A DNA stretch of 64,000 nucleotides from Candidatus Cybelea sp. (GCA_035510055.1 DATKHV010000099.1:29826-93825), one strand, 5' to 3'. Shown: positions 43,567 to 54,908, numbered from the stretch's first letter. Numbers and translations: made by a program. Notes: generated by a model not told the origin, from the letters alone.

Positions 43567-44319
43567 ATGAAACGACTCGAAGGGAAAGTAGCGGTAGTCA
43601 CGGGCGGAAACAGCGGCATCGGGCTGGCTTCGGCGAAGCGCTTGCAGGAAGAAGGCGCGCAAGTAGCCATCGCGGGCCGCAGCAAGAAAACGCTGGACGA
43701 AGCCGTAAAGACGATTGGCAACGGCGTAGTGGCGGTGCAAGCGGACGTGTCCGTTGCGAAGGATCTGGACCGGCTCTATGCCACGGTGTCACAGAAGCTG
43801 GGCAAAATAGATATTTTGTTTGCGAACGCCGGGATTTACAAATTCGCGCCTTTGGCGGCTACATCTGAAGATCTCTACGACGAATTGTTCGACATCAACG
43901 CCAAAGGCGTGTACTTCACCATCCAAAAGGCCGTCCCGTTTCTCAACGACGGGGCTTCGATCATTATCAATACTTCGGTGGCGGGCGAAATTGGAGTACC
44001 GAACGGCACGGCGTATGCAGCTACGAAGGCCGCGCTGCGTTCGTTCACCCGTTCGATGGCCGCGGAACTAGTGGAACGCGGCATCCGGGTGAACGCTGTC
44101 GCGCCGGGACCGATCGAGACACCCGCCGGATTTGCCCGCACGGGGCTCTCCAAAGAAGCGCTGGACGAAATGGTTGGAGGCTTTATTTCCCAGGTGCCCA
44201 TGAAGCGCATCGGACAGCCGGAAGAAATCGCCGGAACTGTGGCGTTCCTCGCGTCGCAAGATGCGTCCTTCATCACTGGCGCGGAAATTCCAGTCGACGG
44301 CGGGCTGGGACAAATCTAA
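43567..44319 (+). CDS. SDR-family oxidoreductase
   Basis: The ATG at 43567 (MKRLEGKVAVVTGGNSGIGLA, i.e. TGxxxGIG) follows a GGAG RBS. Catalytic motif is YAATKAA, and there is a PG motif (VAPGPIETP). Confidence 0.9.
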   Translation: MKRLEGKVAVVTGGNSGIGLASAKRLQEEGAQVAIAGRSKKTLDEAVKTIGNGVVAVQADVSVAKDLDRLYATVSQKLGKIDILFANAGIYKFAPLAATSEDLYDELFDINAKGVYFTIQKAVPFLNDGASIIINTSVAGEIGVPNGTAYAATKAALRSFTRSMAAELVERGIRVNAVAPGPIETPAGFARTGLSKEALDEMVGGFISQVPMKRIGQPEEIAGTVAFLASQDASFITGAEIPVDGGLGQI

Positions 44320-44343
44320 GCGCCGACTACCGATAGTGAGAAG

Positions 44344-44375
44344 AAGCTGGCAAAAGCTTGCCTCTTTTTTGTTTT
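44344..44375. terminator. Candidate terminator between convergent SDR and DUF1906-like genes
   Basis: Short stem (aagct/agctt or ggcaa/ttgcc), followed by tcttttttgtttt. Confidence 0.4.
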
Positions 44376-44385
44376 CCGAATCCCC

Positions 44386-45258
44386 TCATTTTATACCGCC
44401 GGAAGGATTGGACGAAGTGGCGCTGTTCACGTCCAGGAACCACTTGTGCGCGGTGTCACCGGGAGCGTAGCAATTGCCGTCGCGAGCATACTTCTCGAGG
44501 CAATGCGCGGTAAGGTTCTTGCGGCGCGGCGATTGCGCGAATTGCCAGACGGTGGCGTAGGAGATGCCGCTCGCTGAAGGTGCGGGCGGATTCTCCGGGA
44601 ATGCGCAGCCAGGCGACGGCGGGCACGCATCGTTGTAAGCCCAGATCACCATCTCATGGGATGGCGCGTGATTGCTGACATCGTCCGCGGTGGTGATGGA
44701 GACGCGGGGCTCTTCCTTCACGGGAATGCCGGAACCGTAGACGCCGGCGGCAAAGCCGGCGCGCTTGAGTCCTTCCAGCCAGGCGCGCAGATAAACGTGG
44801 TAAGTGTCGGGGAGGCGGCCGCCTTCCTCAATGTCCAGAAAGATTATCGTTCCAGTAGCAAAGCCCTCTTCTTTCGCAGCCGTTGCGGCGGCGCTGGCAT
44901 CTCGAATTCCTTTGGTTTTTGCAGCAATTTCATTCTTGAGTTCACCGCTATCGCGACCGCGATACAAAACCAAAAACCCAAAGCCGTGAGAGGCAAGAAG
45001 ATCGCGCTTGCCCTTCCAGGTATTCCGTCTTTCGCCAGGCGGAGGACTGAGCCAGTAGCTGCTGAATGTGAAGGTTTTGCGAAGAACGGGCAGCGCGGCA
45101 TCACCTGGATAAATGTTGCGGTCGAAACCCAGGTAGGAACGCGAGTGCTCTGCAGTGGCCTGAGGGTTTGGCGGCGCGATGAAAAGCGCCGAGGAAAAAG
45201 TTAACGCGGAGAAACAGAGAGCGCAGACAAGAAACCACCAGACTAGAAGGACTTTCAT
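44386..45258 (-). CDS. Secreted DUF1906 (Rv2525c-like glycoside-hydrolase-like) protein
   Basis: 290-aa ORF with a signal peptide (MKVLLVWWFLVCALCFSALTFSSA). The pattern YLGFDRNIYPG...SSYWLSP...LLASHGFGFLVLYRG...IIFLDIEEG is recognised from memory. Confidence 0.55.
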   Translation of the reverse strand: MKVLLVWWFLVCALCFSALTFSSALFIAPPNPQATAEHSRSYLGFDRNIYPGDAALPVLRKTFTFSSYWLSPPPGERRNTWKGKRDLLASHGFGFLVLYRGRDSGELKNEIAAKTKGIRDASAAATAAKEEGFATGTIIFLDIEEGGRLPDTYHVYLRAWLEGLKRAGFAAGVYGSGIPVKEEPRVSITTADDVSNHAPSHEMVIWAYNDACPPSPGCAFPENPPAPSASGISYATVWQFAQSPRRKNLTAHCLEKYARDGNCYAPGDTAHKWFLDVNSATSSNPSGGIK

Positions 45259-45260
45259 GT

Positions 45261-46673
45261 TTAACCTTCGCGAAGCTTGTGGCCGGCGAGATTACCGAGG
45301 CCGTCGTAGGCGGCGTATTTGTAGAGCTCGCTCAGAGTCGGGTAGTTAAAGACTTGTTCGATGAATTCGTCGATGGTGAGGCCGTGGTCGAGGACCATCA
45401 TGCCGACGTGGATGAGTTCGGTGGCGTTTTCGCCGATAATGCTGACGCCGAGGAGTTTCTTATCAGCGCGAGCGAAGATGAGCTTGAGCAAGCCGGCGGT
45501 ATCGCCGATAATGTGGCCGCGAGCGTTATTTTCGTAAAGCGCGCGGCCGACGACGTAGGCGATTTTCTTTTCCTTGCAGGATTCTTCGGTTTCACCCGCG
45601 GCGGAGATTTCCGGAATCGTGTAAATGCCCATAGGGAGCAGGGAAGCAACGCGTTCCTTGTACTTCAAACCAAAAGCGTGGCAGGCAGCGACCCGGCCTT
45701 GCTCCATGGAAGTGGAGGCCAATGCCGGGAAACCAATGACGTCTCCGGCGGCATAAATATGGGGAACAACCGTGCGATAGTGTTCGTCGACGGCGATATA
45801 GCCGCGATCGTTGATAGCCAGACCAGCTTTTTCCAAAGCTAGCCCATCGACGGCAGCGCGTCGGCCGGCAGCAAAGAGGGCGGACTCGGCTTCGAGGACC
45901 TTGCGGCTCTTCATGGTTAGGCGTACACCCTTTGCGGAATTTTCGGATTTGACGGGGCGTTCGTTAAACCAAAAATGCATGCCAAGAGCGGCGAGGCGGT
46001 CGCGAAGGCGATCTGAGATCTCATTGTCGAGAAAGGGAAGAAGCCGGTCGCGGCCGTCAACGAGAGTGACGTCCACTCCGAGCGCTTTGAAAATTGAAGC
46101 GTATTCGCAACCAATCACGCCGCCGCCGATGACCGCGAGGCTTTTGGGAATGCGATCCATCTGAAGAAATGTGTCGGAGTCGAAAGTGTGAATGTCGTCA
46201 AAAGCGATCTCCGAAGGACGATGCGGTTTGGAGCCAGTGGAGATGAGGATGACTTCTCCGCTTAGCTGACGTTTGCTTTGCCCGCCGGAAACGACGACAG
46301 TGTGGGCGTCTAGAAAAACCGCTTGTCCACGCACCAGCTCGATTTGGTGGAGGACGAGATTCTTAAGGATACGCTGGCGCTCCAGGTCCACGACTTCACG
46401 CTCATGGTGCATGAAGTCGTGGATGGTGAGATTTTCCTTGAGCGAATAATCGATACCGTAAAGGCCGCGTTGCTTCAAGCCCGAGAAGTACAAAGCGGAT
46501 TCGCGGAGCGTCTTGCTTGGAACCGTTCCGGTATTGATGCAACTGCCGCCCATATGCGCGGCGCGTTCGATGACTGCAACGCGTTTGCCGAAGTAGGCTG
46601 CCTGCGCGGCGGCCTTTTCGCCGGCAGGGCCGCACCCGATCACAATCAGGTCGAAATGGTCGATCGAGGTCAC
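45261..46673 (-). CDS. sthA: Soluble pyridine nucleotide transhydrogenase (SthA/UdhA-like flavoprotein)
   Basis: 470-aa ORF. FAD motif is VIGCGPAG. A single Cys sits in the redox-site context GGSCINTGTVPSKTLRE, as in SthA and unlike the CxxxxC of lipoamide dehydrogenase. The second dinucleotide motif is VIGGGVIGCEYA. Confidence 0.8.
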   Translation of the reverse strand: MTSIDHFDLIVIGCGPAGEKAAAQAAYFGKRVAVIERAAHMGGSCINTGTVPSKTLRESALYFSGLKQRGLYGIDYSLKENLTIHDFMHHEREVVDLERQRILKNLVLHQIELVRGQAVFLDAHTVVVSGGQSKRQLSGEVILISTGSKPHRPSEIAFDDIHTFDSDTFLQMDRIPKSLAVIGGGVIGCEYASIFKALGVDVTLVDGRDRLLPFLDNEISDRLRDRLAALGMHFWFNERPVKSENSAKGVRLTMKSRKVLEAESALFAAGRRAAVDGLALEKAGLAINDRGYIAVDEHYRTVVPHIYAAGDVIGFPALASTSMEQGRVAACHAFGLKYKERVASLLPMGIYTIPEISAAGETEESCKEKKIAYVVGRALYENNARGHIIGDTAGLLKLIFARADKKLLGVSIIGENATELIHVGMMVLDHGLTIDEFIEQVFNYPTLSELYKYAAYDGLGNLAGHKLREG

Positions 46674-46859
46674 ACAGTCCTCCGAGGAGATCTAGCCGCC
46701 GACGCCTGTTATCCGCTTACCGGAGGATTGTAGGAGAATTGAGGGAGCGACGCAGAAGTTTCTTGTCTTTGGGTAATAGAAGAGTCTCCGACGCAACGCT
46801 TCCTGGTGTCACGGATTGCGGCAACATCTCTAGGGCTGGTGGAGTCGACCGGATGGAGG

Positions 46860-46882
46860 AAAAAGCGGCGGCCGGTCGCCGC
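46860..46882 (-). terminator. Rho-independent terminator (minus strand) about 190 nt downstream of the GH130 stop
   Basis: The minus strand reads GCGGCG-accggc-CGCCGC followed by TTTTTCC (plus-strand aaaaagcggcggccggtcgccgc). Confidence 0.5.
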
Positions 46883-47068
46883 ACTTCGCCAGGCTTTCTA
46901 GTGAACAGTGACCGGCCCCCCGTTCTTGTAAGTGTTGCCTTTAAAGGAGTTAGTGCTTACATGAGCTCTTTTATTTTTAACTCTTACCCGACAACTCTTT
47001 CCATCCTTGGGAGACTACAGCTGCGTGCCGGTTGATCCGGCGTGATGATTGCACGTTGTGACAGAGGA

Positions 47069-48082
47069 TTACTTGCGTAGCCGGCGGTCGTGAGTATGTT
47101 CGGAATGGCCATTGGCGTCCAGCCAGGCCAGAAGACTGCGAATGCTGCCGTGCGCCAACGCAATGCTCGAATCAGCGGCACCGTAGTAGAGATTGATGGT
47201 GTCCCCATCTGATGCCACGGTATAGCCGCAAGGAAACACGACGTCCTGCACGTCGCCATGACGCTCATATTCCGCTTCCGGCGCGAACATCCAAGAATCC
47301 CCCCGAATCAGGCATTTTTCCGGCTGCACAAGGTCGAACAGAGCCAGCCCCAACCGGTAGATGGAACTGGACGGTGTGCGTCGAACGCCGTGGTAAATCA
47401 TCAACCAGCCGCGCGACGTTTCAATCGGCGGCGGTGACATTCCAATTTTGTTGGCATCCCACCAGGCGCCTCGGCGGGCTTCCAGCATGAGCTTGTGATT
47501 GCCCCAATGCCGCAGATCGGGCGAGTACGAAATCCAGATGTGAGCTCCGAGCGGCGTCATGGGCCGATGAATCAGAGCCCAAGAGCCGTTAATCCTTCTG
47601 GGTAAAAGGGCCGCATCTTTGTCGTCCGGCGACATTACGACACCGAGTCTCTCGAATGTCCGAAAATCTTTCGTGAGCGCTAGGGACACTCCAGGACCGC
47701 CACGCGAATAGGAAGTGTAAGCCACGGCATATTGCTGGAGTTCCGGCATATACGTGATGCGCGGATCTTCGACGCCCCATAACTCCTCGGGGAACCGCTG
47801 AACGTCTGGGATGAATGTCGGTTCGCGATCGATCTGCCACCCATCGACGCCGTTTGCCGAACGCGCCACGCACAAATGAGAGAGGCCACGGCGATCTTCC
47901 ACGCGACAAAGGAGAAGAGTGGAGCCGTCGGGCAGCAACGTAGCGCCCGCATTAAAAACGCTGTTCATGGAATACGGCCAATCTTTTCCGGTAAGGATCG
48001 GATTGCTTGGATGCCGGTGAAATAGCGTCTCGTATTTATACATGACCGGACGGTCGAAACTTTTTTCAGCAAGAATGCTCAT
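47069..48082 (-). CDS. GH130-family glycoside phosphorylase/hydrolase-like protein
   Basis: 337-aa ORF. The N-terminus FHRHPSNPILTGKDWPYSMNSVFNAGATLLPDGSTLLLCRVEDRRG and the later WGVEDPRITY match my memory of GH130 (beta-mannoside phosphorylase family). It overlaps the upstream GT stop by 4 nt. Confidence 0.75.
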   Translation of the reverse strand: MSILAEKSFDRPVMYKYETLFHRHPSNPILTGKDWPYSMNSVFNAGATLLPDGSTLLLCRVEDRRGLSHLCVARSANGVDGWQIDREPTFIPDVQRFPEELWGVEDPRITYMPELQQYAVAYTSYSRGGPGVSLALTKDFRTFERLGVVMSPDDKDAALLPRRINGSWALIHRPMTPLGAHIWISYSPDLRHWGNHKLMLEARRGAWWDANKIGMSPPPIETSRGWLMIYHGVRRTPSSSIYRLGLALFDLVQPEKCLIRGDSWMFAPEAEYERHGDVQDVVFPCGYTVASDGDTINLYYGAADSSIALAHGSIRSLLAWLDANGHSEHTHDRRLRK

Positions 48083-50460
48083 CGCGAGTTGCTCTCCGTA
48101 ACGCCCGCTTCTTCCAGCTTGCGCATTTCCAGTAGTGCCATCAGAAAAGATAGCGTCGATTCCGCGCCCTGGTTTTCATTGGCGCGATCCGGATGCAAAC
48201 CGTCTCGGCATCCACCGGTCGTCTCATCGTAGAGCGCGATCTGCAAGTCGTTATCTCCCAGGAACCAATTGAAGGCGGACCACGCCTCTTTCCTCCAGCG
48301 GCTTCTACCCGTAGCGCGGTAAGCTTCTAAGCAAGCCGACACCACGGCACAAGCTTCGACCGGTTGTTGATCGAAGCGCGCCCTTTCCGTTTTCATCGAA
48401 TAGAAGCCATGTGACCCGATAGGCACAAAATGACCTTTTATTTCGCAGCGTTGAATTGTCCCCAGCCAATCGAGCGCTTCAAGGCCGGCTGAAATCATCT
48501 CGTCGTTGCCGCCGCGCATTCCCGCGCGAATCAAAGCTTGTGGCAGGCGAGCATTGGAGTACGCCAGGCCATATTCAAACCACTTCCAGCTTGCCGAATG
48601 TACTGCGCGATAACAATTTAGAAGGCGCTTCGCAAGTTCATCCGCCGCGCCAAGAGCAGCGCGATCCCCGGGGAAGGAATCGAGATATTCATGAAGTCCC
48701 AACAAGACGAAAGCGCACGAGCGCGGACTCTTAAACTCAACGGCGGCGGGAATCGCCAGTGCGAAAAGACGGCCCGCCGCTCCACGCAATCCAGCATTCT
48801 TGGATCGGCCGAGGACGGTTCCTAATCCCCATAGGGCGCGGCCATGACTGTCTTCCGAGCCTTCCGGTTCCTGCCACTGGCGTTCGTAGCTGAGGCAGTT
48901 TCTAAATCTCTTGGTTAGCGGATCGAATGCCAGCCACAAAAAGGCCAAATAACGAGCGGCGAGGTCCGACGAACCCGGTGGAATACTGGTTCCCAATTCT
49001 TCCATTAGAATCGCGACGATGAGCGCGCGCGCATTGTCGTCCGTCGAATATCCTTCCGGATAGTTTGGCACGGTGAATACGGCGTGCTCTACGATTCCCG
49101 TGTGGTCGGTCATCCGCCGCAGATGATCCAGCTTTACGGCCGGAAGACGGTCGAGAATTTTTTCCCTGTTTTGCGCCGAAAATGTGGCGCGTGGATTCCG
49201 CAAGCGCTCGTGGTACACGCGTTCAAAGCTCCCCATGTACTGTTGGGCCACGCGATCCCAAACCATGTTCCTAGAATAGAGGTAAGCGCGTTTCCTCATG
49301 GCATGGCGCGCGGTGCCATTGTCTAACAGCTCGATCGTTTTCTCGGCTATCGCCTGTGGATCGTCGAAGGGAACAAGCACGCCGCGTTGGTCGTCCAATA
49401 GCTCGATGGCGTGCAAGTACGGCGTGGAAATGATCGCTTTTCCCGCGCTCAAGGCATAGGCAAGCGTTCCCGAAACGACTTGTCCTTTGTGCTTGTAAGG
49501 CGTGATGTAAATATCGGCTCCGCCGATCAGTTCCACTAGCTCCCGAGGGCTGACGAACCGGTTACGAAAGAGCACGCTGTCCTGGACCCCCAGTTCCCTC
49601 GCCAGGTTCTGCAAGTACAACCGGTATTTGTCGCCTTCTCGCCGGAGAATATGCGGGTGCGTCACGCCGGAAATCATGTAAACAACATTGCTGTGCCGCG
49701 AGAGAATCCTCGGCAACGCCTGGATTACGTTTTCGATGCCTTTGTTTGGGGAGAGCAGGCCGAACGTGAGCAACACATCTTTTCCTTCGGTTCCGAAGCT
49801 GTCCTTGTAGAAACTGGAATCGGTAAACGGCACATCGGGAATTCCGTGGGGAATGATATCGATTTTGTCCGGAGAAACGTGAAACACTTCTTCCAGGATA
49901 TCGGCGGATTGCTGGCTCATGACGATGAGGCGATCCGATAAAGTCACAATTTCCGCCATCACCGTGCGTTGATCGATGTTGGGCTCGCGAAGGACCGTGT
50001 GCAACGTCGTAACCACGGGCATCTCGAGACTGCGTAAAAGCTCTAGGATGTGAGCGCCTGCCGGACCGCCGAAGATTCCATACTCATGCTGAAGACAAAC
50101 CAAGTCTATGTTGCTGAAATTCAGGAAGTCCGCCGCTTGACGGTATGACGCCAGGTTATCTTCGGAAAGCTCGAATCGCACTCGTCGAGGGTAACGGTAG
50201 CCTTCTTGTGTATCGTTGACCGGCAACGCCAGAAGTTCCGTCGCGCCATATTCGGCGTGGATCGCATCGCATAGGTCTGTCGTGAATGTCGCGATGCCGC
50301 ACTTCCGCGGAAGATAATTCCCGATGACGGCGACGCGACTTGGAAGCGCCGGTCGCGGTTGTGCGGTCGTTACTGCGGGTGTCGCCTCCTCAACGGTGAG
50401 GGAACTAAGATTGATACGGGCCACGGTTTCTACTGGGGACATAGTCTTTGGCAACGACAT
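48079..50460 (-). CDS. GT4-family glycosyltransferase fused to a C-terminal (alpha/alpha)6-barrel-like domain
   Basis: 793-aa ORF. The N-terminal roughly 420 aa have a GT-B/GT4 layout (VAVIGNYLPRKCGIATFT ... ADIYITPYKHKGQVVSGTLAYALSAGKAIISTP). The C-terminal roughly 360 aa are helical-repeat sequence typical of glycoside-hydrolase toroids (ARALIVAILMEE..., HGRALWGLGTVLG, ...AVVSACLEAY). Confidence 0.75.
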   Translation of the reverse strand: MSLPKTMSPVETVARINLSSLTVEEATPAVTTAQPRPALPSRVAVIGNYLPRKCGIATFTTDLCDAIHAEYGATELLALPVNDTQEGYRYPRRVRFELSEDNLASYRQAADFLNFSNIDLVCLQHEYGIFGGPAGAHILELLRSLEMPVVTTLHTVLREPNIDQRTVMAEIVTLSDRLIVMSQQSADILEEVFHVSPDKIDIIPHGIPDVPFTDSSFYKDSFGTEGKDVLLTFGLLSPNKGIENVIQALPRILSRHSNVVYMISGVTHPHILRREGDKYRLYLQNLARELGVQDSVLFRNRFVSPRELVELIGGADIYITPYKHKGQVVSGTLAYALSAGKAIISTPYLHAIELLDDQRGVLVPFDDPQAIAEKTIELLDNGTARHAMRKRAYLYSRNMVWDRVAQQYMGSFERVYHERLRNPRATFSAQNREKILDRLPAVKLDHLRRMTDHTGIVEHAVFTVPNYPEGYSTDDNARALIVAILMEELGTSIPPGSSDLAARYLAFLWLAFDPLTKRFRNCLSYERQWQEPEGSEDSHGRALWGLGTVLGRSKNAGLRGAAGRLFALAIPAAVEFKSPRSCAFVLLGLHEYLDSFPGDRAALGAADELAKRLLNCYRAVHSASWKWFEYGLAYSNARLPQALIRAGMRGGNDEMISAGLEALDWLGTIQRCEIKGHFVPIGSHGFYSMKTERARFDQQPVEACAVVSACLEAYRATGRSRWRKEAWSAFNWFLGDNDLQIALYDETTGGCRDGLHPDRANENQGAESTLSFLMALLEMRKLEEAGVTESNSR

Positions 50461-50704
50461 TCGCTTTGCTATCTCCTTGCCACGTCGACCAACTCCAGAA
50501 AGGCGAGAAGGCGATAGGCGGCTCTTTCACAATAGGACCGTCCTAGGAAGCAGCCGATTCCTTGGTTGCGCTTCACGACAGAACTGCTTCCCCCAAGACA
50601 CGCATAGGGCCTTGAGCCGCGATTAGATTTCTCGTTTAGCAGTATCTCCAACCCACAGTCCACGAGCCAGAAACGATCGAACTGCGCCAAGAAGGCTGAA
50701 TGGG

Positions 50705-52330
<1,626 letters not shown>

Positions 52331-52390
52331 TCACCCTCCTGGGTGATGGAGCACTTCTCCGCCGTCCGAAGTCTTCGGCTCGGGTAAAAC

Positions 52391-52711
52391 CTACTTCTTG
52401 CCGGATGCCGCTTTGGTGATTCCGCTGACTTTCACCAGGATTTCTTCCTCACGGAGGATCAGGTATTCCTGGTCGTCGATGTTGATGTCGTTGCCCGTGT
52501 ATTTGCCGAACAAGATCCGGTCACCCACCTTCACATCGAGTGGGATGCGATGGCCTTTTTCAATCTTGCCGGCTCCGATGGCCATTACTTCGCCCTCATG
52601 AGGTTTTTCTTTCGCCGTATCGGGGATAATGATCCCGCCTTTCGCGGTTTCCTTCTCTTCTAACCTGCGTACAAGGACGCGGTCATGCAGGGGAGTGATA
52701 TTCACAGTCAT
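52391..52711 (-). CDS. groES: Co-chaperonin GroES (Cpn10)
   Basis: The ATG at 52711 ([37 protein letters not shown]...) follows a GGAGG RBS. It lies 66 nt upstream of groEL. Confidence 0.97.
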   Translation of the reverse strand: MTVNITPLHDRVLVRRLEEKETAKGGIIIPDTAKEKPHEGEVMAIGAGKIEKGHRIPLDVKVGDRILFGKYTGNDINIDDQEYLILREEEILVKVSGITKAASGKK

Positions 52712-52777
52712 TTCTTGACCTCCATTCAATCCATTCCAAAACTCGAACAAGCAACTTTTTGACGCTCTAGGCCAACA

Positions 52778-53452
52778 CTACGGGCGAAAAATCTTCCGAT
52801 TTTTCTGCCGGGCTACTTCCAAATCATCCGTTTGTTTTTTCTGGCGTTCGGCTTCCCGAAGCGGACCCTCTTGCTCCTCTAATTTCACTGCCTCCGCAAT
52901 GGCCAGCCCAGCCTCGGCATTGACTCGCTTGGAGTAAATGATGAGCCCAAGATGGTCGGTGAAGGAAGAACGGACAAGATTGAAGGAATATTGTGCATCC
53001 TCCCAAGACGCGACCGGCGTTTGCTTCACGTCAGACCGGTCGTTCGGCAGGAAGTCGATCGCTAAAGCAACATATGCCGCCGGGCCGTATTTCGCCGAAA
53101 TGGACTTCACCATGTCTTCCTCAGTGAGCCCTTCGGTGGCGGTTTGATCGTAAGTCACGGACATCTTGTAGAGCTCGCCGTTATAGAAAGAGAAGAGAAT
53201 CTGTTCAACGGCATCCGATTGGTACGAAATCCCGGGGAGGCTTGGCGGCCACCAATTTACTTCTTGAAGCAGCGCTGGACGGCCATGAATCAACTTCACA
53301 TCGGTCATCTTTTGGTCGGTACGCTCCAGCACTTTGGTCAAGCTCATCCCGAGGGTAAAGTGCCGATACTTGGAAAGATCCTGCCCACGAAGCAAGGGCG
53401 CCCAAAGAAGCAAGACAACAAAACAAAGAACCGAACTGCGCATCGTTTTCAT
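52778..53452 (-). CDS. Hypothetical secreted protein
   Basis: 224-aa ORF with a signal peptide (MKTMRSSVLCFVVLLLWAPLLRGQ) and a charged C-terminal helix. No family recognised. Confidence 0.55.
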   Translation of the reverse strand: MKTMRSSVLCFVVLLLWAPLLRGQDLSKYRHFTLGMSLTKVLERTDQKMTDVKLIHGRPALLQEVNWWPPSLPGISYQSDAVEQILFSFYNGELYKMSVTYDQTATEGLTEEDMVKSISAKYGPAAYVALAIDFLPNDRSDVKQTPVASWEDAQYSFNLVRSSFTDHLGLIIYSKRVNAEAGLAIAEAVKLEEQEGPLREAERQKKQTDDLEVARQKNRKIFRP

Positions 53453-53473
53453 TTTCGTATCTCCTACGAATTC

Positions 53474-53941
53474 CTAAGAACTTGAAATCAGAGCAACATG
53501 TTGCCTTGTGGCCACTTCTCCGTTCGCAGCAGCAGGCATTCTCAAGACAAAATCCTTTGCAGGGACCAAGCCAATACCTTGCTGGATATGTCGAGAATGA
53601 GCGGTAACGCTCATAAAAGGAATGCCGAGGAACCGTTTCGAAACGGCTTTGGTAATCTCTAGCGAGTTAAACTTCTGCCCCTCCTGCTTCGCCAGAACAC
53701 GCTTCACTGCTCGGCGCAGGGTCCCTAGCTGGTCGCCACCCAAGACGGTGGCTCGCATTTCACCGGCCAGGTAGAAAAAGCTCCAATGCGCACCCTCGAT
53801 GCTTTGGGCCAGCGTAGAGCGATCAAGATTCTTAGCGACTCTCCAGCCAGGCAAGAAGAATTCACTTGCAATCGACAAGCCCGCCGGCAAAGGTGTCGCT
53901 TCCCTAATCAAAATGGTCTTTGTTCCATGAGTGTCTGGCAT
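53474..53941 (-). CDS. Hypothetical protein (155 aa)
   Basis: ORF in tight same-strand spacing with its neighbours (21 nt to the next start). No family recognised. Confidence 0.45.
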   Translation of the reverse strand: MPDTHGTKTILIREATPLPAGLSIASEFFLPGWRVAKNLDRSTLAQSIEGAHWSFFYLAGEMRATVLGGDQLGTLRRAVKRVLAKQEGQKFNSLEITKAVSKRFLGIPFMSVTAHSRHIQQGIGLVPAKDFVLRMPAAANGEVATRQHVALISSS

Positions 53942-53970
53942 TTGAGTTTTCCAATTTGCTGCGTGACAAT

Positions 53971-54234
53971 TTAGAGTTGCGCGGACAGCCTTCTGCCGTT
54001 GACGAAACCCGCGAGGAGCGTCAGGAAGATTGCCCCAATCATGGCGACGACGGTCGTACTGATGGCTTCCCAGCGTCCGCCCAGGCCTGCCGATTGCATC
54101 AGAAGGCCGCCCGCCACTGCTCCGCCGATGCCCATTACCGTGTCCATGACCGTACCGTATCCATCACCTTTAAGAATCTTTCCTCCTAACCAGCCAGCAA
54201 CCAACCCAACGACGATCCACGACAAGAGATACAT
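53971..54234 (-). CDS. GlsB/YeaQ/YmgE-family stress-response membrane protein
   Basis: The ATG at 54234 follows a GGAG RBS. MYLLSWIVVGLVAGWLGGKILKGDGYGTVMDTVMGIGGAVAGG... is typical of the transglycosylase-associated/GlsB family. Confidence 0.85.
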   Translation of the reverse strand: MYLLSWIVVGLVAGWLGGKILKGDGYGTVMDTVMGIGGAVAGGLLMQSAGLGGRWEAISTTVVAMIGAIFLTLLAGFVNGRRLSAQL

Positions 54235-54396
54235 ACAATTCTCCTTTTGCTGATTTCGGGACTTACCTTCCTTCGCGGCCCGTTCCCTGGTTTCTATAAG
54301 CATTGCAAATCTCGCGCATTCTTGCGTTTCCCTGCCGCCGGACAACGCAAGGGGCGGACCTAACCCGCCCCTTCCAATCGAGAGGAGCTGCTGGCT

Positions 54397-54717
54397 TCAG
54401 ACCGCTACGGTAGCGGCGATCCTGTGGAACGTCGAGTTGGCGACGTCATAGGTTTCAACCTGAAGGGCTCCCTCCACTACGGTGGCGAGGAATTTTGTCA
54501 CTGCTGGATAGGTTGCGCGGTTGTAAGCCTCGGCATTCTCCGCTTTGTCCCACAGGCTGATTCCGAAGGCTTCCGTCCCGCTCTGTCCAACGAACGTGAT
54601 TTCGTCCTGGAATCCCTTCTGTTTTCGAAGCAGGGGGAGGATGTCCTTCTCCAGCCTCTGGGTAAACTCCGCAACGCTATTGGGCTTCAGATGCATATAA
54701 ACTCTTCGTGCAAACAT
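54397..54717 (-). CDS. Small ABM-like (dimeric alpha/beta-barrel) protein
   Basis: The ATG at 54717 follows AAGGAG. The product is 106 aa with a ferredoxin-like pattern (VYMHLKP...EFTQRLEKDILPLLRKQKGFQDEITFV...ISLWDKAENAEAY). The family call is weak. Confidence 0.45.
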   Translation of the reverse strand: MFARRVYMHLKPNSVAEFTQRLEKDILPLLRKQKGFQDEITFVGQSGTEAFGISLWDKAENAEAYNRATYPAVTKFLATVVEGALQVETYDVANSTFHRIAATVAV

Positions 54718-54822
54718 GGCGCTCTCCTTGGTTCTCGATGCCAAAGGGGCGATTCAGATAACCACTGCTGGTTCAGATACTCTGAAGACTCCCTCAGTCT
54801 GTTAACCATACTGGGTTAATTA

Positions 54823-54838
54823 ACTTGACTTGTCAAGT
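54823..54838. promoter_or_regulatory. Perfect 7-bp inverted repeat plus flanking GGGTTAATT direct repeats upstream of the HTH gene
   Basis: acttgac-tt-gtcaagt at 54823-54838. gggttaatt occurs at 54813-54821 and again at 54860-54868. The intergenic region is AT-rich and lies 70 nt before the 54909 start. Confidence 0.35.
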
Positions 54839-54908
54839 AGAATTTGAGATTATTTTGGTGGGTTAATTTTGTGAGTTAAGTCGCTGGGAGGGCCTTCTGG
54901 ACGTTTGC

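Noticed and set aside
46961-47035. 24-codon + strand ORF (MSSFIFNSYPTTLSILGRLQLRAG) preceded by AAGGAG
   Set aside because: The RBS spacing is long (about 11 nt) and the ORF is tiny, with no conservation evidence available. It is mentioned only as context for the orphan terminator finding.
52712-52800. Search for a CIRCE (HrcA) operator or a sigma-32-type promoter upstream of groES
   Set aside because: No TTAGCACTC-N9-GAGTGCTAA-like inverted repeat or CTTGAAA...CCCCAT pattern is visible by eye, so no regulatory feature is annotated there.
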